A stretch of 64,000 bases of DNA from an uncultured bacterium. Its GTDB lineage: Bacteria > Acidobacteriota > HRBIN11 > JAKEFK01. The notes beneath the pieces are model-generated. The model was not told the DNA's origin. It ran no database searches and saw only the letters and a program-made list of their open reading frames with translations. The position numbers were made by a program, and so were the translations under genes. Position 1 is the stretch's first letter, and each line of letters starts with the position of its first letter. The stretch covers positions 62,980 through 126,979 of the forward strand of contig CAVYSN010000001.1 in NCBI GenBank assembly GCA_963771165.1. Direction: 5' to 3'. Positions 10,962-21,818 of the stretch are shown here, piece after piece.

Positions 10962-12603
10962 GGGGCGTATTCTCCGCAGTTCAATGAGAGTTTTTTCTTT
11001 GTCTCCGGAGTCAAGAGCGCGCTGAACGAGCAGAAACCTGGGATCCCAGGTCGACGCCTCAGATAGAATTGTGAGGGCTTCGACGGTTCTACCAAGATGC
11101 AAAAAGGCTTCGCACATCATAAGGATAAGCTCCACCGATTCCCGTCTGTTCGGGTAAACCTGAACAAAATAGGACAGCGCTTCTTCATATTTTTGTTTGC
11201 GATAGCGAATGATACCCAGTCCGGTTTTGCGTCAATAAAATTCGGATCGATTTGAAGAGTCGTCCGAAAGCTTTGCTCCGCTGCTTCGGATTGACCCATT
11301 TCCAGCAACGTAAATCCAAGTCCTGAATGGACGTACGGATTGTGTGGATTTAGGCCGCGCGCTTTCAAATATTCCTCCAGCGCAGCATCATACTGCTTGA
11401 GTTGAAACAGCACGAAAGCAAGATTGATGTGAGGCCGGTATTTTTGAGGAGATTTTTCAACGGTGTCAGCCCAGAGCGTTATCCGCTTCTGCCAGACAAG
11501 ATTTCTTTTCCAGGTGGCGGCGACGTAGAAAGATCAACAAACAGGATAAGGCGAATGGTATTAATCGAGTACCCGACCTTGCAAGAGTGACGGTGTAAGC
11601 CACACAGGCACAGAATCCGAACATGCTGAGATACGTCCGATGTTCCGCCATGAAATCGTTGAGCGGCAGAAGCGAAGAAGGTGCCAGATTTAAAAAGAAC
11701 CATGCTCCCCAGAAAAAGAGCCACGGGTGAATTTTTCTGGACCTCCACAACACAAACATCATAAAGGCAACGACGAGAAGGGAGACGAGAAATTTCCAGT
11801 GCGTCGGATGAAGTGGTTCGACAAAGTGATCCACATTCAGGGGAACCGGAAAAATGGCGAGTCCCAGATATCGCAACCAGACATACATCTCGGTGGAGAG
11901 ATACACTGAGAACGAATAAGGCATTCGGGCTTCAATAAAAGAGAGACGAAAAAGAGCCCCGCATGCGATCAGCAAAAATGTAACAATATGAAAAATGCGA
12001 TGCTTCTTGACAGACTCCCTTCCGAAAAAAGCGTAGTTATAAAGAAGAGCTGCGGCCGGAATCAAAGCGGATTCCTCTTTGCAAAGCAAGCCCAGCAGCA
12101 GAAACAAAACGAACGCTACCGGTTTGAACCAGGCCGGTTTGCGAAGATGAGCATCGAAAGACAATAATGCTGCCCAGTAGAAAAAGTGCGCAGAGCAAGA
12201 TCGGACGGCTTGCTGTGTAAGAAACGGATTCGGTATTCAGAGGATGCACGGCAAACAGGGCAGCCGAAAAAAAGCAAAGGAGCGCGCTCCCGGCGGATCG
12301 TCGCATGAAAACGTAAAAAAGACCTGTCGACAGCAGGTGCAAAACGAAGTCAAAAACGTGATAAGAAAAAGGATCCTTCTGACCGATGCGATAGTTCACA
12401 GCGTAGGTAAAAAGAGTCAATGGCCGAAAGGGTTCAAATCGTGCGATGTTTTGCCAAACCGATAAATCTCTTAAGGCAAAATTGAATCGGATCAGGCGTT
12501 CATCATCGTACTGAAACTCTCCATGAAAAGCGTTCGAGTAAGCGATCCATGCAATCACGCTGATCAGAAGCAGAGCCAGAAGGTCTCTTCGCCTGCCGTT
12601 CAT
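10962..12603 (-). CDS. TMTC-like membrane protein (DUF1736-type polytopic N-terminus plus C-terminal TPR repeats), split in 3 frames
   Basis: Pieces 12037..12603 (MNGRRRDLLALLLISVIAWIAYSNAFHGEFQYDD..., typical TMTC/DUF1736 N-term), 11466..12164 (TM helices) and 10962..11413 (TPR: AALEEYLKARGLNPHNPYVHSGLG). True ATG at 12603. Confidence 0.6.
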
Positions 12604-12630
12604 GGAGAGCACTATACTACGCTTTGTAAC

Positions 12631-12740
12631 GTCCGCGAGACTGTCCCAAAAATGAGTTGGAGCGCGGACTTCCAGTCCGCAAAAACAGGTAATTTCGACG
12701 AGTCTTTGCCGGCAAGGTTGTGCCCGCGCTCCCACTAGAT
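12631..12740. repeat. ~105-nt structured intergenic repeat, copy A (second copy at 21713..21818)
   Basis: Near-identical core AGTTGGAGCGCGGACTTCCAGTCCGCAAAAAC ... GACGAGTCT ... GCGCTCCCACTA. It contains the hairpin GCGGAC-TTCCA-GTCCGC and a long-range stem GGAGCGCGG/CCGCGCTCC. Sits in the divergent region between the TMTC-like gene and suhB. Confidence 0.7.
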
Positions 12741-12779
12741 GTTCGACAGGCTCCACTACTATCAAGGTACAATATCGGC

Positions 12780-13574
12780 ATGAAGCTCGAGACTTTCTTG
12801 CGCCAACTGTTGTTGCAAGCAGGTGACCGCCTGCGGAAACAATTTGGACGCGTAAAGAGTGTTCACTATAAAGCGGGTTCAGTAACAAATCTCGTAACAA
12901 ATGTTGACCGGGATGTCGAAAAATTCATTAAATCCCAGATTCGAAAGAGATACCCGAATGACAGCATACTGGCGGAAGAAAGTGAGCTGGAGAAGGCGCA
13001 TTCTCCGCAAAGATGGATCATCGATCCGCTGGATGGAACGACGAATTTTGCTCACGGTTTGTCTTTGTTTTGTATTTCGATCGGCGTCGAAATGGAAGGG
13101 GATTTAATTGCGGGCGGAGTATACGATCCGATGCACGACGAGCTGTTTTTTGCGAGCAAAGGAAAGGGAGCGACTCTCAACGGAAAAAAGATCCGGGTGT
13201 CACGGATAGAAAAGCTGGAGCAAAGTCTGCTCGTTACAGGTTTTCCTTATGACATCCATGAGAACCCCGAAAAATCTTTACCCTATTTCAACGCTGTGAT
13301 TCAGCGCGCCCAGGGTTTAAGGCGGCTTGGATCCGCCGCTCTGGATATTTGTTATCTTGCAATGTCGCGCTTCGATGGATTCTTTGAAGTGTTTCTGAAT
13401 CCATGGGACACAGCCGCAGGATGTCTGATCTTGCGCGAAGCGGGTGGAGTCATTACTGATTTTTCAGGAAAACCATTTTCCATTTATCAGCGTGAGCTGG
13501 CTGCGAGTAACGGTTTGATCCATGATGAAATGATTCAGGTTTTGAAAAAGGTGAAAAATGAAAAGGTCCGGTAG
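12780..13574 (+). CDS. suhB: Inositol monophosphatase family protein (SuhB-like)
   Basis: IMPase motifs (ILAEESE, WIIDPLDGTTNF, DPWDTAAG). The track start 12720 reads through repeat A, so ATG 12780 (MKLETF) is preferred. Confidence 0.8.
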   Translation: MKLETFLRQLLLQAGDRLRKQFGRVKSVHYKAGSVTNLVTNVDRDVEKFIKSQIRKRYPNDSILAEESELEKAHSPQRWIIDPLDGTTNFAHGLSLFCISIGVEMEGDLIAGGVYDPMHDELFFASKGKGATLNGKKIRVSRIEKLEQSLLVTGFPYDIHENPEKSLPYFNAVIQRAQGLRRLGSAALDICYLAMSRFDGFFEVFLNPWDTAAGCLILREAGGVITDFSGKPFSIYQRELAASNGLIHDEMIQVLKKVKNEKVR

Positions 13575-14986
13575 CTTGCTGGTATTTCTGCTTTTGGCGG
13601 CGCTTGTTTCGGCTCAAGACAAGAACCGCCGCAATTTTTCCTGGACTTTCGATCAGAAGAACGATCCGATCTTGCAAGTAAAGAATGAATCCGTGGATCC
13701 TGTGAGAGTGGAAGTGCGATTGTTGTTTCAGGATGACAGCTATCGATACCCGGAAGATATCGAAGTTCCTTCCGGCGAAAGCCGTTTTTTGCGGATCCGT
13801 GAAGCGCTCGATCGTCTGTCGCGGCGATATGGAGATCTTGCAAGTATGAGCTCCGGAATTGTGCAAATTCAATTCGTAGGAGATAACCAGCAAATAGAAA
13901 GCACGATTGTCAATCTGAATCCGAAAATGGGTGTAACTATCCGACAAATCTCCCGGACACGCAGCACCGGTGATTCGCTCCGTGGAACCCCGGTCCGGAC
14001 CGCCTTCCGGTGGAACAGTTGTAACGATAGCAGGTGAGAATTTTACGGAAGCAACCACAGTCAAATTTGATGGAATTCCTGCGATGCGAAATCTTCAGTC
14101 CGGCGATGCTTTGATAGCGATTGCACCGCCGCACAGTGCTGGAAGCGTCGATATTGAGGTCAGCAATGGGAGGAGCCGCACCGGATTGCGGAAAGCGTTT
14201 ACCTATGCATCGGCAAGTCCTGTCATTGTTCGATTCGATCCGGACAGTGGAGCTCCGGCGGGTGGTGCCACGATCCGTATACGCGGCCGGAATTTTCAAC
14301 CGGGAGCAAGGATCCTGTGGGATGGTCGGGCGCTATCCACACGCTTTATCAGTCCGGAAGAGGTGTCCGTTACAGCTCCTGCAGGCCCCAGCGGTTCTAT
14401 TTCTGTAGAACTCTTGAATCCGGATGGAACCCGTTTTATTTTGGAAGACGCGTTCCTCTACCAAGGCGGACCACGCGTGATTGCAGTTCAGCCGCAAATG
14501 GGTAGTCCGGATGGAGGATACAGGGTGACAGTGGCCGGGGACAATTTTGATCCGGGTTGCAGCGTTCTTTTCAACGGCAATTATGGAGAAACGACGTACA
14601 TCAATCCGCGGGCGCTCGCTGCGGTGGTTCCTCCCGGTGAGAGCGGTGCAGTGGATGTATCCGTCTCCACCGAGGATGGGGAAACGGACACATTGCAGAG
14701 CGCATTCACCTATAATGAACAGCCCGTGATTCACTCCATGTCAGCGTATCCGAATCCGATCGTACGAAATACGACGACTACGATTACTGTAGAAGCTGAT
14801 GATCCGGAGGCTGGTCCGCTCGATTACGAGTATCGCATTGCACAGGGACCGGGGATCATCACAGGGCAAGGGCGAACGGCTGTTTATAATTCTCCGAATG
14901 TGACCGGCATAGCAGTCATTCAGGTAACGGTATATGATCAGCATCGCGCAAAGGCGCAACAGAATCTTGAAATTCACGTGGAGTAA
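13558..14986 (+). CDS. Secreted protein with 3-4 IPT/TIG domains; one frameshift near 13960-13990
   Basis: Signal peptide MKRSGSLLVFLLLAALVSAQ. Repeated P..G..GGT.VTI.G.NF IPT motifs (e.g. GGTVVTIAGENF). ORFs 13558..14037 and 13970..14986 are collinear. Confidence 0.6.
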
Positions 14987-14988
14987 TT

Positions 14989-15237
14989 ATGGAAGAAGCA
15001 CCCATCATCAAACTTAATTTTGGAAGATATCTAAAACCATCCGTTGCGCCCTGCTCATTTTGCGGTGTAGACATTCCAGGCAAGGCTGGATTTCTGTTAA
15101 AGATTGAGAATCTGACAGGGAATACGCTCAATGAAATCCATCTTTGCACCAAGTGTATGGAACACAGCCGCCAGTATGAGGCAGAAATTGATCTGTCGAC
15201 AAGCAACCCGCAACATTCGCTCAAACTCGGATTTTAA
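14989..15237 (+). CDS. Small zinc-ribbon-like protein (CSFCG ... CTKC)
   Basis: 82-aa ORF starting 3 nt after the IPT gene stop, with two CxxC pairs. Confidence 0.4.
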   Translation: MEEAPIIKLNFGRYLKPSVAPCSFCGVDIPGKAGFLLKIENLTGNTLNEIHLCTKCMEHSRQYEAEIDLSTSNPQHSLKLGF

Positions 15238-15244
15238 CTCAGAG

Positions 15245-15296
15245 ACGCAAAGACGCGGAGACGATCAAAAGACTTTGCGTCTCCGCGTCTTTGCGT
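15245..15296. terminator. Bidirectional hairpin (19-bp perfect stem) between convergent genes; member of a GACGCA-heptad hairpin family
   Basis: ACGCAAAGACGCGGAGACG ... CGTCTCCGCGTCTTTGCGT. The arms are built from AGACGC(A) heptads. Lies between the zinc-ribbon ORF (+) and tyrA (-). Confidence 0.6.
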
Positions 15297-15355
15297 TAAT
15301 TCTTATCCATTCATCCAGCAGATTGCGCATGTGTTTTGCGGTGCGAAGCATATTT

Positions 15356-16029
15356 TCACCATTCGACTTCCAGAAAAGTTTTCAGCAAGTCAGGTGACGT
15401 ATTCGCCAGACGAGTCATGGATTGAAAACCGGGCCCCTTGAAATCCGGTGGCACGCTTTTACCTATTTTTTGAAGCAATCCTGCAAGGACAGCAGGAAAA
15501 TGGCTGGTGACGGATACGAAGCGATCATGCTGGTTCGCATCAACAACCACCGGACGCCCTCCAAGGTCTTTCGCGAAAATTTGCACAGTTTTCAAATCCC
15601 GATGCGATGAATGCCTGGAAGTACAAACAAAAAATGGAGCATTCTCAAATAAGTTCTCCCGCCATCCTTTTTCGCCGGCAAATTCATTTCCAGTCATCGG
15701 ATGACCGCCAATAAAACGCAGTTTTCTGCGGTTTGCGAGCCGGATCAGTTTCGCTTTTCCGCTACACACATCCATCAACAGCCGGCCAGGATCAACCCTG
15801 TCGAAGAAAATCTGTTGTCTGAGCGTAATGAAGACAGATGACAGTGAGGTCTGCGTCCGCGGCATCTTCCCATTGCTTGCTCGCATGGTCAAGCAAGGAG
15901 TGGAGTAATTGGAGCCGTTTTGAGGAAGTATCAATACCTGTAATCGAATATGTGCTTTTGATTTTTTCGAAGCGTTAAAACGATGGAACCTCCGATCTGG
16001 CCGAGCCCGACGATGGCGATTCGCTTCAT
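15356..16029 (-). CDS. tyrA: Prephenate dehydrogenase (TyrA), frameshifted
   Basis: N-terminus [15 protein letters not shown] begins at 16029 in one frame. The core ([22 protein letters not shown]) is in the 15356..16255 frame. Its ATG overlaps the aroF TGA (ATGA). Confidence 0.75.
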
Positions 16030-17059
16030 CGCGTTTTCCAAAGCCTGTCCCGTCCAAGGGCAGATGCGATCGCCTTGAGCTCCCGCATGAGATCCGCGAA
16101 CCCTTGAAAATCGAGGCTCTGAGGGCCATCGCTTTTGGCTTTTTCCGGTTGTCCATGCACTTCAACCATGATTCCATCGGCGCCGACCGCAAGCGCGGCT
16201 TTGGCAAGCGCCGGCACCAGACTTCTCCTTCCCGCCGCATGACTCGGATCCACAATGATCGGTAGATGCGAAAGCTCCTTGATCACCGGTACAGCGGAGA
16301 TATCCAGCGTGTTTCGCGTGTATGTTTCGAACGTCCGGATTCCTCGTTCGCACAGCATCACCTGAGAGTTTCCACCGGAAAGAATGTATTCACTCGCAAG
16401 CAAGAATTCTTCGATCGTAGAAGACAACCCGCGTTTGAGCAGAACCGGTTTCTGGGCTTCGCCTGCGGCCTTCAGCAAAGAAAAATTTTGCATGTTGCGC
16501 GCTCCGATCTGAACCACATCGGCATATTGCACAGACCGTATTCATTTCAGAAGCGGACATCACTTCTGTAACAACCGGTAATCCGGTTTTTTCACGCGCT
16601 TCAGCCAGGTACTTCAGTCCCTCTTCTCCCAATCCTTGAAAACTATAGGGGGAAGTCCGGGGCTTATAAGCGCCGCCTCGTAACATGTGGGCGCCCTGTT
16701 CTTTTACAAATTCGGCAACTTCCAGTAAATGATCGCGTGATTCCACAGAGCAGGGACCTGCAATGATTACGAATCCTCCATGGGTCCCTACCTCGGAACC
16801 GTTGATGCGAACAACGCTGTCGGCTTCGTGGAAGTCGCGTGAAGCCATTTTGAATGGCTTTGTAATGCGAATCACTTCTTCCACAGCCTTCAAGATCCAG
16901 AAATGCTTCTCTGGAAATATGCGACGTGTCTCCCAGCAGACCAATGACCGTACGTTCCTCACCACGAGACACGTGATAACGAATGTTCATCTGATCCAGA
17001 TGTTGGATCACATCACTAATCTGTTTTAGCGTCGCCGCATGACCCATCACGACAATCAT
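16026..17059 (-). CDS. aroF: 3-deoxy-7-phosphoheptulonate (DAHP) synthase with N-terminal ACT-like regulatory domain (Thermotoga type), split in 3 frames
   Basis: [44 protein letters not shown] (ACT domain), then [14 protein letters not shown] ... [23 protein letters not shown], then [10 protein letters not shown] ... DPSH. The pieces are collinear with Thermotoga maritima DAHP synthase. Confidence 0.8.
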
Positions 17060-17076
17060 AAAAACCTCCTAGCTCA

Positions 17077-17138
17077 TTAACGCAAAGACGCAATGACGCA
17101 ATGAAAAAAATCTTCGCGGCTTAGCGTCTTTGCGTTAA
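17077..17138. repeat. Intra-operon hairpin TTAACGCAAAGACGC ... GCGTCTTTGCGTTAA between aroH and aroF (GACGCA-heptad family)
   Basis: 15-bp inverted arms with a 32-nt spacer. Followed on the minus transcript by the AGGAGG RBS of aroF. Confidence 0.55.
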
Positions 17139-17142
17139 ATCT

Positions 17143-17499
17143 TCATAGGTCCGGCCGCAGGGAAGCCGCATTGCCCAAGTACTGATGGCGTACATCTTCC
17201 TGAGCCGCATTTGTTTCAAACAAAACTAAAACTCGTAAAACTCTTTCCAGCGCTCCTTCTACGGGAATCTCCTGGCCACACAAGAAAGGAACCAATTCCC
17301 ATCCAAGTTTGGTCCGGACGGCTGCTGGAAATGCCGCATTCAAATCGGGCGTCACCGTAAAAAAAACCGTCGATACGTTCTCTCGCTGGATTTGATTCGA
17401 ATCGATCAATGCAAGCATCAACTCTTCGGCAGCTGCAACGATTGCCTGCTTCTCATTGATGCTGACCTGAATGGCTCCACGAACACCTCGTATCATCAC
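17143..17499 (-). CDS. aroH: Chorismate mutase, AroH class (monofunctional, B. subtilis type)
   Basis: MMIRGVRGAI ... TPDL ... LRPDL, about 118 aa, matches AroH end to end. Confidence 0.8.
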   Translation of the reverse strand: MMIRGVRGAIQVSINEKQAIVAAAEELMLALIDSNQIQRENVSTVFFTVTPDLNAAFPAAVRTKLGWELVPFLCGQEIPVEGALERVLRVLVLFETNAAQEDVRHQYLGNAASLRPDL

Positions 17500-18218
17500 A
17501 ATCTCCTGAAGCTTTCATAGAACTTTTGCAACTTCTCAACGTGACCTGAACGGATGATTTCAACGATTCTCGAACCAACGATAAATGCATCGATTGCGCC
17601 TTGATATGGTTCCGTGTCTACCGCACTCTTGATTCCGAAGCCGAGGGCCAAGGGCACGCGTGCGTGTTTCTTGACTTGAAATGCTTTATTTCTGATCTGC
17701 TCATGATTTTGAATCGTGGCGCCCGTTGTTCCCTTCAGGGAGAGCAGATACACAAATCCTTCGGCCGCCGCTGCGATTCGTTTTAAACGTTCTTCACCGG
17801 TTGAAAGGGAGATAAATGAAATCCAGAATATTCCACATTCTTTTGTCATTTCCCGCCACTCCGCCGATTCTTCAAAGGGCACATCCGGTACGATCAGATA
17901 CTTCGCGCCGCATTCCGCGGAAGCTTTCATGAATTCTCTCTGACCATACGCGAGAATCGGATTTGCGTACGACATCAAGGCCAGCGGTACGCGGGTGGAC
18001 TTGCTTTGCAAGAGCTCGAATAGAGAATCGATTGAAAAAGCGTGCTCCAGCACCTCAGAGGCGGCACTCGCCAGGACGGGTCCGTCAGCAACCGGATCTG
18101 TAAACGGGATTCCGATCTCAATCGTGTCGGCGTATTGCAGCGTAAGATCCAGGATTTCTGAGAAACGGGATGCATCAGGGAACTGCGCCAGCAAATAAGG
18201 ATAAAAGAGTTTTTTCAC
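17496..18218 (-). CDS. trpA: Tryptophan synthase alpha chain
   Basis: TrpA family similarity across 240 aa. Overlaps trpB by 4 nt. Confidence 0.85.
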   Translation of the reverse strand: MKKLFYPYLLAQFPDASRFSEILDLTLQYADTIEIGIPFTDPVADGPVLASAASEVLEHAFSIDSLFELLQSKSTRVPLALMSYANPILAYGQREFMKASAECGAKYLIVPDVPFEESAEWREMTKECGIFWISFISLSTGEERLKRIAAAAEGFVYLLSLKGTTGATIQNHEQIRNKAFQVKKHARVPLALGFGIKSAVDTEPYQGAIDAFIVGSRIVEIIRSGHVEKLQKFYESFRRL

Positions 18219-19381
18219 TCCAGCTCCTCCAGCACAATGTTGAGATCCTTGTCGCCGCGTCCCGATAAATTCACCACAATCGCGCCGCTCTGATTTGTCA
18301 GTGTTTTCAGATAAGCGATTGCATGACAGGATTCCAGGGCAGGAAGAATTCCTTCTGTTTTTGCCAGTGTTTGAAATGCCTCAAGGGCTTGCTGATCGGA
18401 AACAGTTACGTATTGCACACGTCCCGTGTCTTTCAAGTGGCTGTGCTCCGGACCAACCGCCGCATAATCCAGTCCGGGCGCTATGGATTCCGTGTCCTCA
18501 ATCTGTCCCTGTGATCTTTGCAAGACATAGGTGTAAGCGCCGTGCAGAATTCCCGGTTTGCCATGTTTGAGTGTTGCAGAATGGTGTCCGGGTGCGTCGC
18601 TGTTTCCCCCCGCTTCCACTCCTATCAACCGAATGCCCGTGTTGAGGAGTGGATAGAATAGTCCGATCGCGTTGGATCCGCCTCCTACGCAAGCGATTGC
18701 AACAGAAGCTTTTTGATTCTCAACCTGAATCTGCGCAACAACTTCTTCACCGATCACTTTTTGGAAATTGCGAACAATCATCGGATACGGATGAGGTCCT
18801 ACGACGGATCCGATCAGGTAATGAGTATTGTCGACGTTTGCAATCCAGTCGCGGAGCGCTTCGTTGATTGCATCTTTCAACGTTTGTGAACCCTGGACCA
18901 CAGGACGGACTTCCGCGCCAAAATGTTTCATCCTGCGAACATTCAATTGTTGTCGCTGCACATCTTTTGCGCCCATATACACAACGCAATCGAGTCCAAG
19001 CCGTGCACAAGCTGCGGCAGTAGCGACTCCGTGCTGCCCGGCTCCCGTTTCAGCAACGATCCTGCTCTTCCCAAGTTTTGCTGCGAATAGAGCTTGACCG
19101 AGACAGTTGTTGATTTTGTGTGCGCCTGTATGGCACAGATCTTCGCGCTTTAAATAAACCGGTCCGATTTGTAATTGCTCGGTTAGACGTTTTGCAAAAT
19201 AAAGTGGCGTCGGTCTTCCTGCAAATTCTTTCAGCTCGCGGGATAGGCTGCTTCGGAATTCGGAAGATCCGGCTATCCGTTCATAGTCGCTTTCGAGCCG
19301 CAACAACGCTTCCATCAATGTTTCCGGGACAAATCGCCCACCATACTTACCGAAATATCCCCGGCTATCCGGTACTGTCAT
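18215..19381 (-). CDS. trpB: Tryptophan synthase beta chain
   Basis: PLP-enzyme motifs (HTGAHKINN, GGGSNAIG). Confidence 0.9.
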   Translation of the reverse strand: MTVPDSRGYFGKYGGRFVPETLMEALLRLESDYERIAGSSEFRSSLSRELKEFAGRPTPLYFAKRLTEQLQIGPVYLKREDLCHTGAHKINNCLGQALFAAKLGKSRIVAETGAGQHGVATAAACARLGLDCVVYMGAKDVQRQQLNVRRMKHFGAEVRPVVQGSQTLKDAINEALRDWIANVDNTHYLIGSVVGPHPYPMIVRNFQKVIGEEVVAQIQVENQKASVAIACVGGGSNAIGLFYPLLNTGIRLIGVEAGGNSDAPGHHSATLKHGKPGILHGAYTYVLQRSQGQIEDTESIAPGLDYAAVGPEHSHLKDTGRVQYVTVSDQQALEAFQTLAKTEGILPALESCHAIAYLKTLTNQSGAIVVNLSGRGDKDLNIVLEELE

Positions 19382-20685
19382 TTTCCGTTCACCAGCCGGA
19401 TGAATTCGCGAATCTTATTTCCATCTTTGATGCCCGGCTCGCTTTCGACGCCGCGTGCTACATCGACCCATTCCGGATGACAAAGCGAAATCGCCTGTGA
19501 GATATTTCCTGCATGTAATCCGCCGGCAAGCGCAAACAGGGATTTCCGGCTCAGTAGTTCCCATGCCTGAGGGAGATCGGATTCCGGGATTTTGATGTCG
19601 AGCAAACGACCTTGAGAAGCTTCGGTTTGCTCTGCTATTTCACGCAAAGACGTTAGAGTTGTTGCATGCCAGGTTGGAATCGAAGCGCTGCACGAATCAT
19701 AGATCTGGGCGATGTTCAGGGCGCATTCGGCGATGGTTGATTCGATCTCCTGCCGCGATTGATTGCGAAATACGCCGATGCATGGAACAGCAATCCGTTC
19801 ACGGAACGACTTCAGGCTCTCAACGGAGATTCGTCTCGGACTCTCTGCGAAAATGAACCCCAGAGCAGAAGCTCCCAACTCAGCGGAAGTTCTCGCATCA
19901 CGCTCAGTTGTGATGCCACAGATTTTTACCTTCGTGTGCGATGCAGATCGAACAAAGCGGGACAGTTCTTCGGCTGGATTTTCGGAACGCAGAAAATGTT
20001 CGCCAATCAAAGCGCCGTTGTATCCAAGCGAAAAAACTTTTCGCAAAACCTCAACACTGTCGATGCCGCTTTCTGCAATGCAGTAAGCATCGGGAAGAAG
20101 ATCTCTCATTCGAACAAATCTTGATAGATCGACCTGCAAGGTCTCCAGATCGCGTGAATTTACGCCAATGTACCGGACCGGGAAATCGAGTTTCTGCAAA
20201 TCCTTCTCGTCCGTGACTTCAACAATCGCATTCATTCCGATCTTTTCACACAATTGTTGCATTTCTCGAATCTGTTCCGGTTTTAGAAATCTTGTAATCA
20301 GCAGAATAAAATCTGCACCGGCTTCCTTTGCTTCAAGGATCTGGAATTCATCCAAAATAAAATCCTTTTGCAAAAGCGGCGTCGAAACTGCTCGGCGCAC
20401 CTGGCGCAAATCGTCCAGCGATCCTTGAAAGAAGTGTTCTTCGGTCAACACCGAAATGGCTGCGGCTCCTGCAGCTTCATAGGATCGAGCCAGCCGGTCG
20501 AGATCCAGGCCCGGTCGAATCGCGCCGACCGAAAGCGATGCGCGTTTGATCTCTGCAAAAATTCGGAATTGATTTCTCTCCCAATAGAGACGCCGGTCAT
20601 CCAGAGGAACATCCGGCGTATGCTGCGATTTACGTTGTTCCACATCGGTCTTTTTACGTTTCAGAAGCTCCGCGATTGTTTTCAT
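19378..20685 (-). CDS. trpCF: Bifunctional indole-3-glycerol-phosphate synthase / phosphoribosylanthranilate isomerase (TrpC-TrpF fusion)
   Basis: IGPS half (MKTIAELL ..., FILDEFQILEAKEAGADFILL, IGVNSRDLETL) plus PRAI half (KICGITTERDA ... IQIYD). The real ATG at 20685 overlaps the trpD TGA. The track start 20922 is a read-through extension. Confidence 0.85.
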   Translation of the reverse strand: MKTIAELLKRKKTDVEQRKSQHTPDVPLDDRRLYWERNQFRIFAEIKRASLSVGAIRPGLDLDRLARSYEAAGAAAISVLTEEHFFQGSLDDLRQVRRAVSTPLLQKDFILDEFQILEAKEAGADFILLITRFLKPEQIREMQQLCEKIGMNAIVEVTDEKDLQKLDFPVRYIGVNSRDLETLQVDLSRFVRMRDLLPDAYCIAESGIDSVEVLRKVFSLGYNGALIGEHFLRSENPAEELSRFVRSASHTKVKICGITTERDARTSAELGASALGFIFAESPRRISVESLKSFRERIAVPCIGVFRNQSRQEIESTIAECALNIAQIYDSCSASIPTWHATTLTSLREIAEQTEASQGRLLDIKIPESDLPQAWELLSRKSLFALAGGLHAGNISQAISLCHPEWVDVARGVESEPGIKDGNKIREFIRLVNGK

Positions 20686-21690
20686 GCGGGGAACATCTCC
20701 TGGAGTCGTTTTACCACGCGAAGGGCCGCGCCTGAATCCAACGATTCGATCACAGCCTGCTTTGCACTTTCCTCCGTTGCATCCGGATGGTATGCAAGAT
20801 AACCCAGCAAAGCGTTGAGTAATACAGTATCCCGTCGGGCACCTTTTTCTCCGTTCAAAATGGCCTGCGTAATCCGTGCGTTCTCCGCCGGCGAGCCTCC
20901 TTTCAGGTCTTCGCTGCAGCATTCCAGGAACCCGAAATTCGCTGCATTTTTGACGTCAGGTGGCCCAAACGTGCTGTGTAGAATGAATTCAGCAGAAGGG
21001 GATGCTTCATCGAAGCCATCCACTGAATGAACCAGGAAGGCGCGCTTTTGAGAATCGAGTTTTCGAATTGCTGACTCCATCAAAGGAAGAGCACGCCTTT
21101 CATAGACTCCAATGACTTGAACCTCAGGAATGGCTGGATTGGTCAACGGCCCGAGTAAATTGAAGATGGTTGGAGTGTCAAGCTGTTTTCGGACCATAAC
21201 AACAGATTTTGTTGCCGGATGATAGTCGGGAGCAAAGAGGAAAACGAAACCGGTTTTTTCCAGCGCCCGCGGACAGCTGTTCCGGGCTCATGCTGTGCGA
21301 GATCCCCAGCTCATGCAAGAGATCCGCGCTTCCGCTTGCCGATGAAGCGGCACGATTTCCGTGTTTGACGATCGGAATTCCGCACCCGGCCAGAACAAAT
21401 GCTGCGCTCGTTGAAATGTTAAAACTATTCTTTTTATCTCCGCCGGTTCCACAAGTGTCCATGATCCGAATCCCATTCAAATGAACTCGAATGCATTTTT
21501 CCCTCATCGCTGCAGCAAAACCAGCAATTTCTTCGGCGGTTTCCCCTTTCCTGTGAAGCTCTGTTAGAAACGCTCCGGTTTGTGCAGAATCCCATGCTTG
21601 TTCCATCATTGCGAAAACAGCTTCTTTACTTTCGCGGGCGTTTAAATCCTCACCGAGCTTTACCTTTTCGATGAACTCTTGATATTTCAT
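20682..21690 (-). CDS. trpD: Anthranilate phosphoribosyltransferase, split in 2 frames
   Basis: N-terminus MKYQEFIEKV ... DTCGTGGDKKNSFNISTSAAF (21178..21690) and C-terminus (20682..21197) are collinear. Confidence 0.8.
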
Positions 21691-21712
21691 TTTCGCAGTT
21701 GACCTATTAACG

Positions 21713-21818
21713 CCCGCGAGATCCTCCCAAAAGTTAGTTGGAGCGCGGACTTCCAGTCCGCAAAAACTGTTAAGCTCCACGAGTCTATTGCGGGCCAAAG
21801 ATGTCTGCGCTCCCACTA
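21713..21818. repeat. ~105-nt structured intergenic repeat, copy B (trpG-trpD spacer)
   Basis: Aligns with copy A at 12631..12740. Fills nearly the whole 125-nt trpG-trpD spacer. A C to T change in the 3' arm keeps the long-range stem as a G-U pair when read as the plus-strand RNA. Confidence 0.7.

Noticed and set aside
12720-12779. N-terminal extension of suhB (track start 12720). Similar extensions occur at trpD (21816) and trpCF (20922)
   Set aside because: The extensions translate the intergenic repeat, or the upstream gene in another frame. Conserved N-termini (MKLETF, MKYQEF, MKTIAELL) with start/stop overlaps give better starts.
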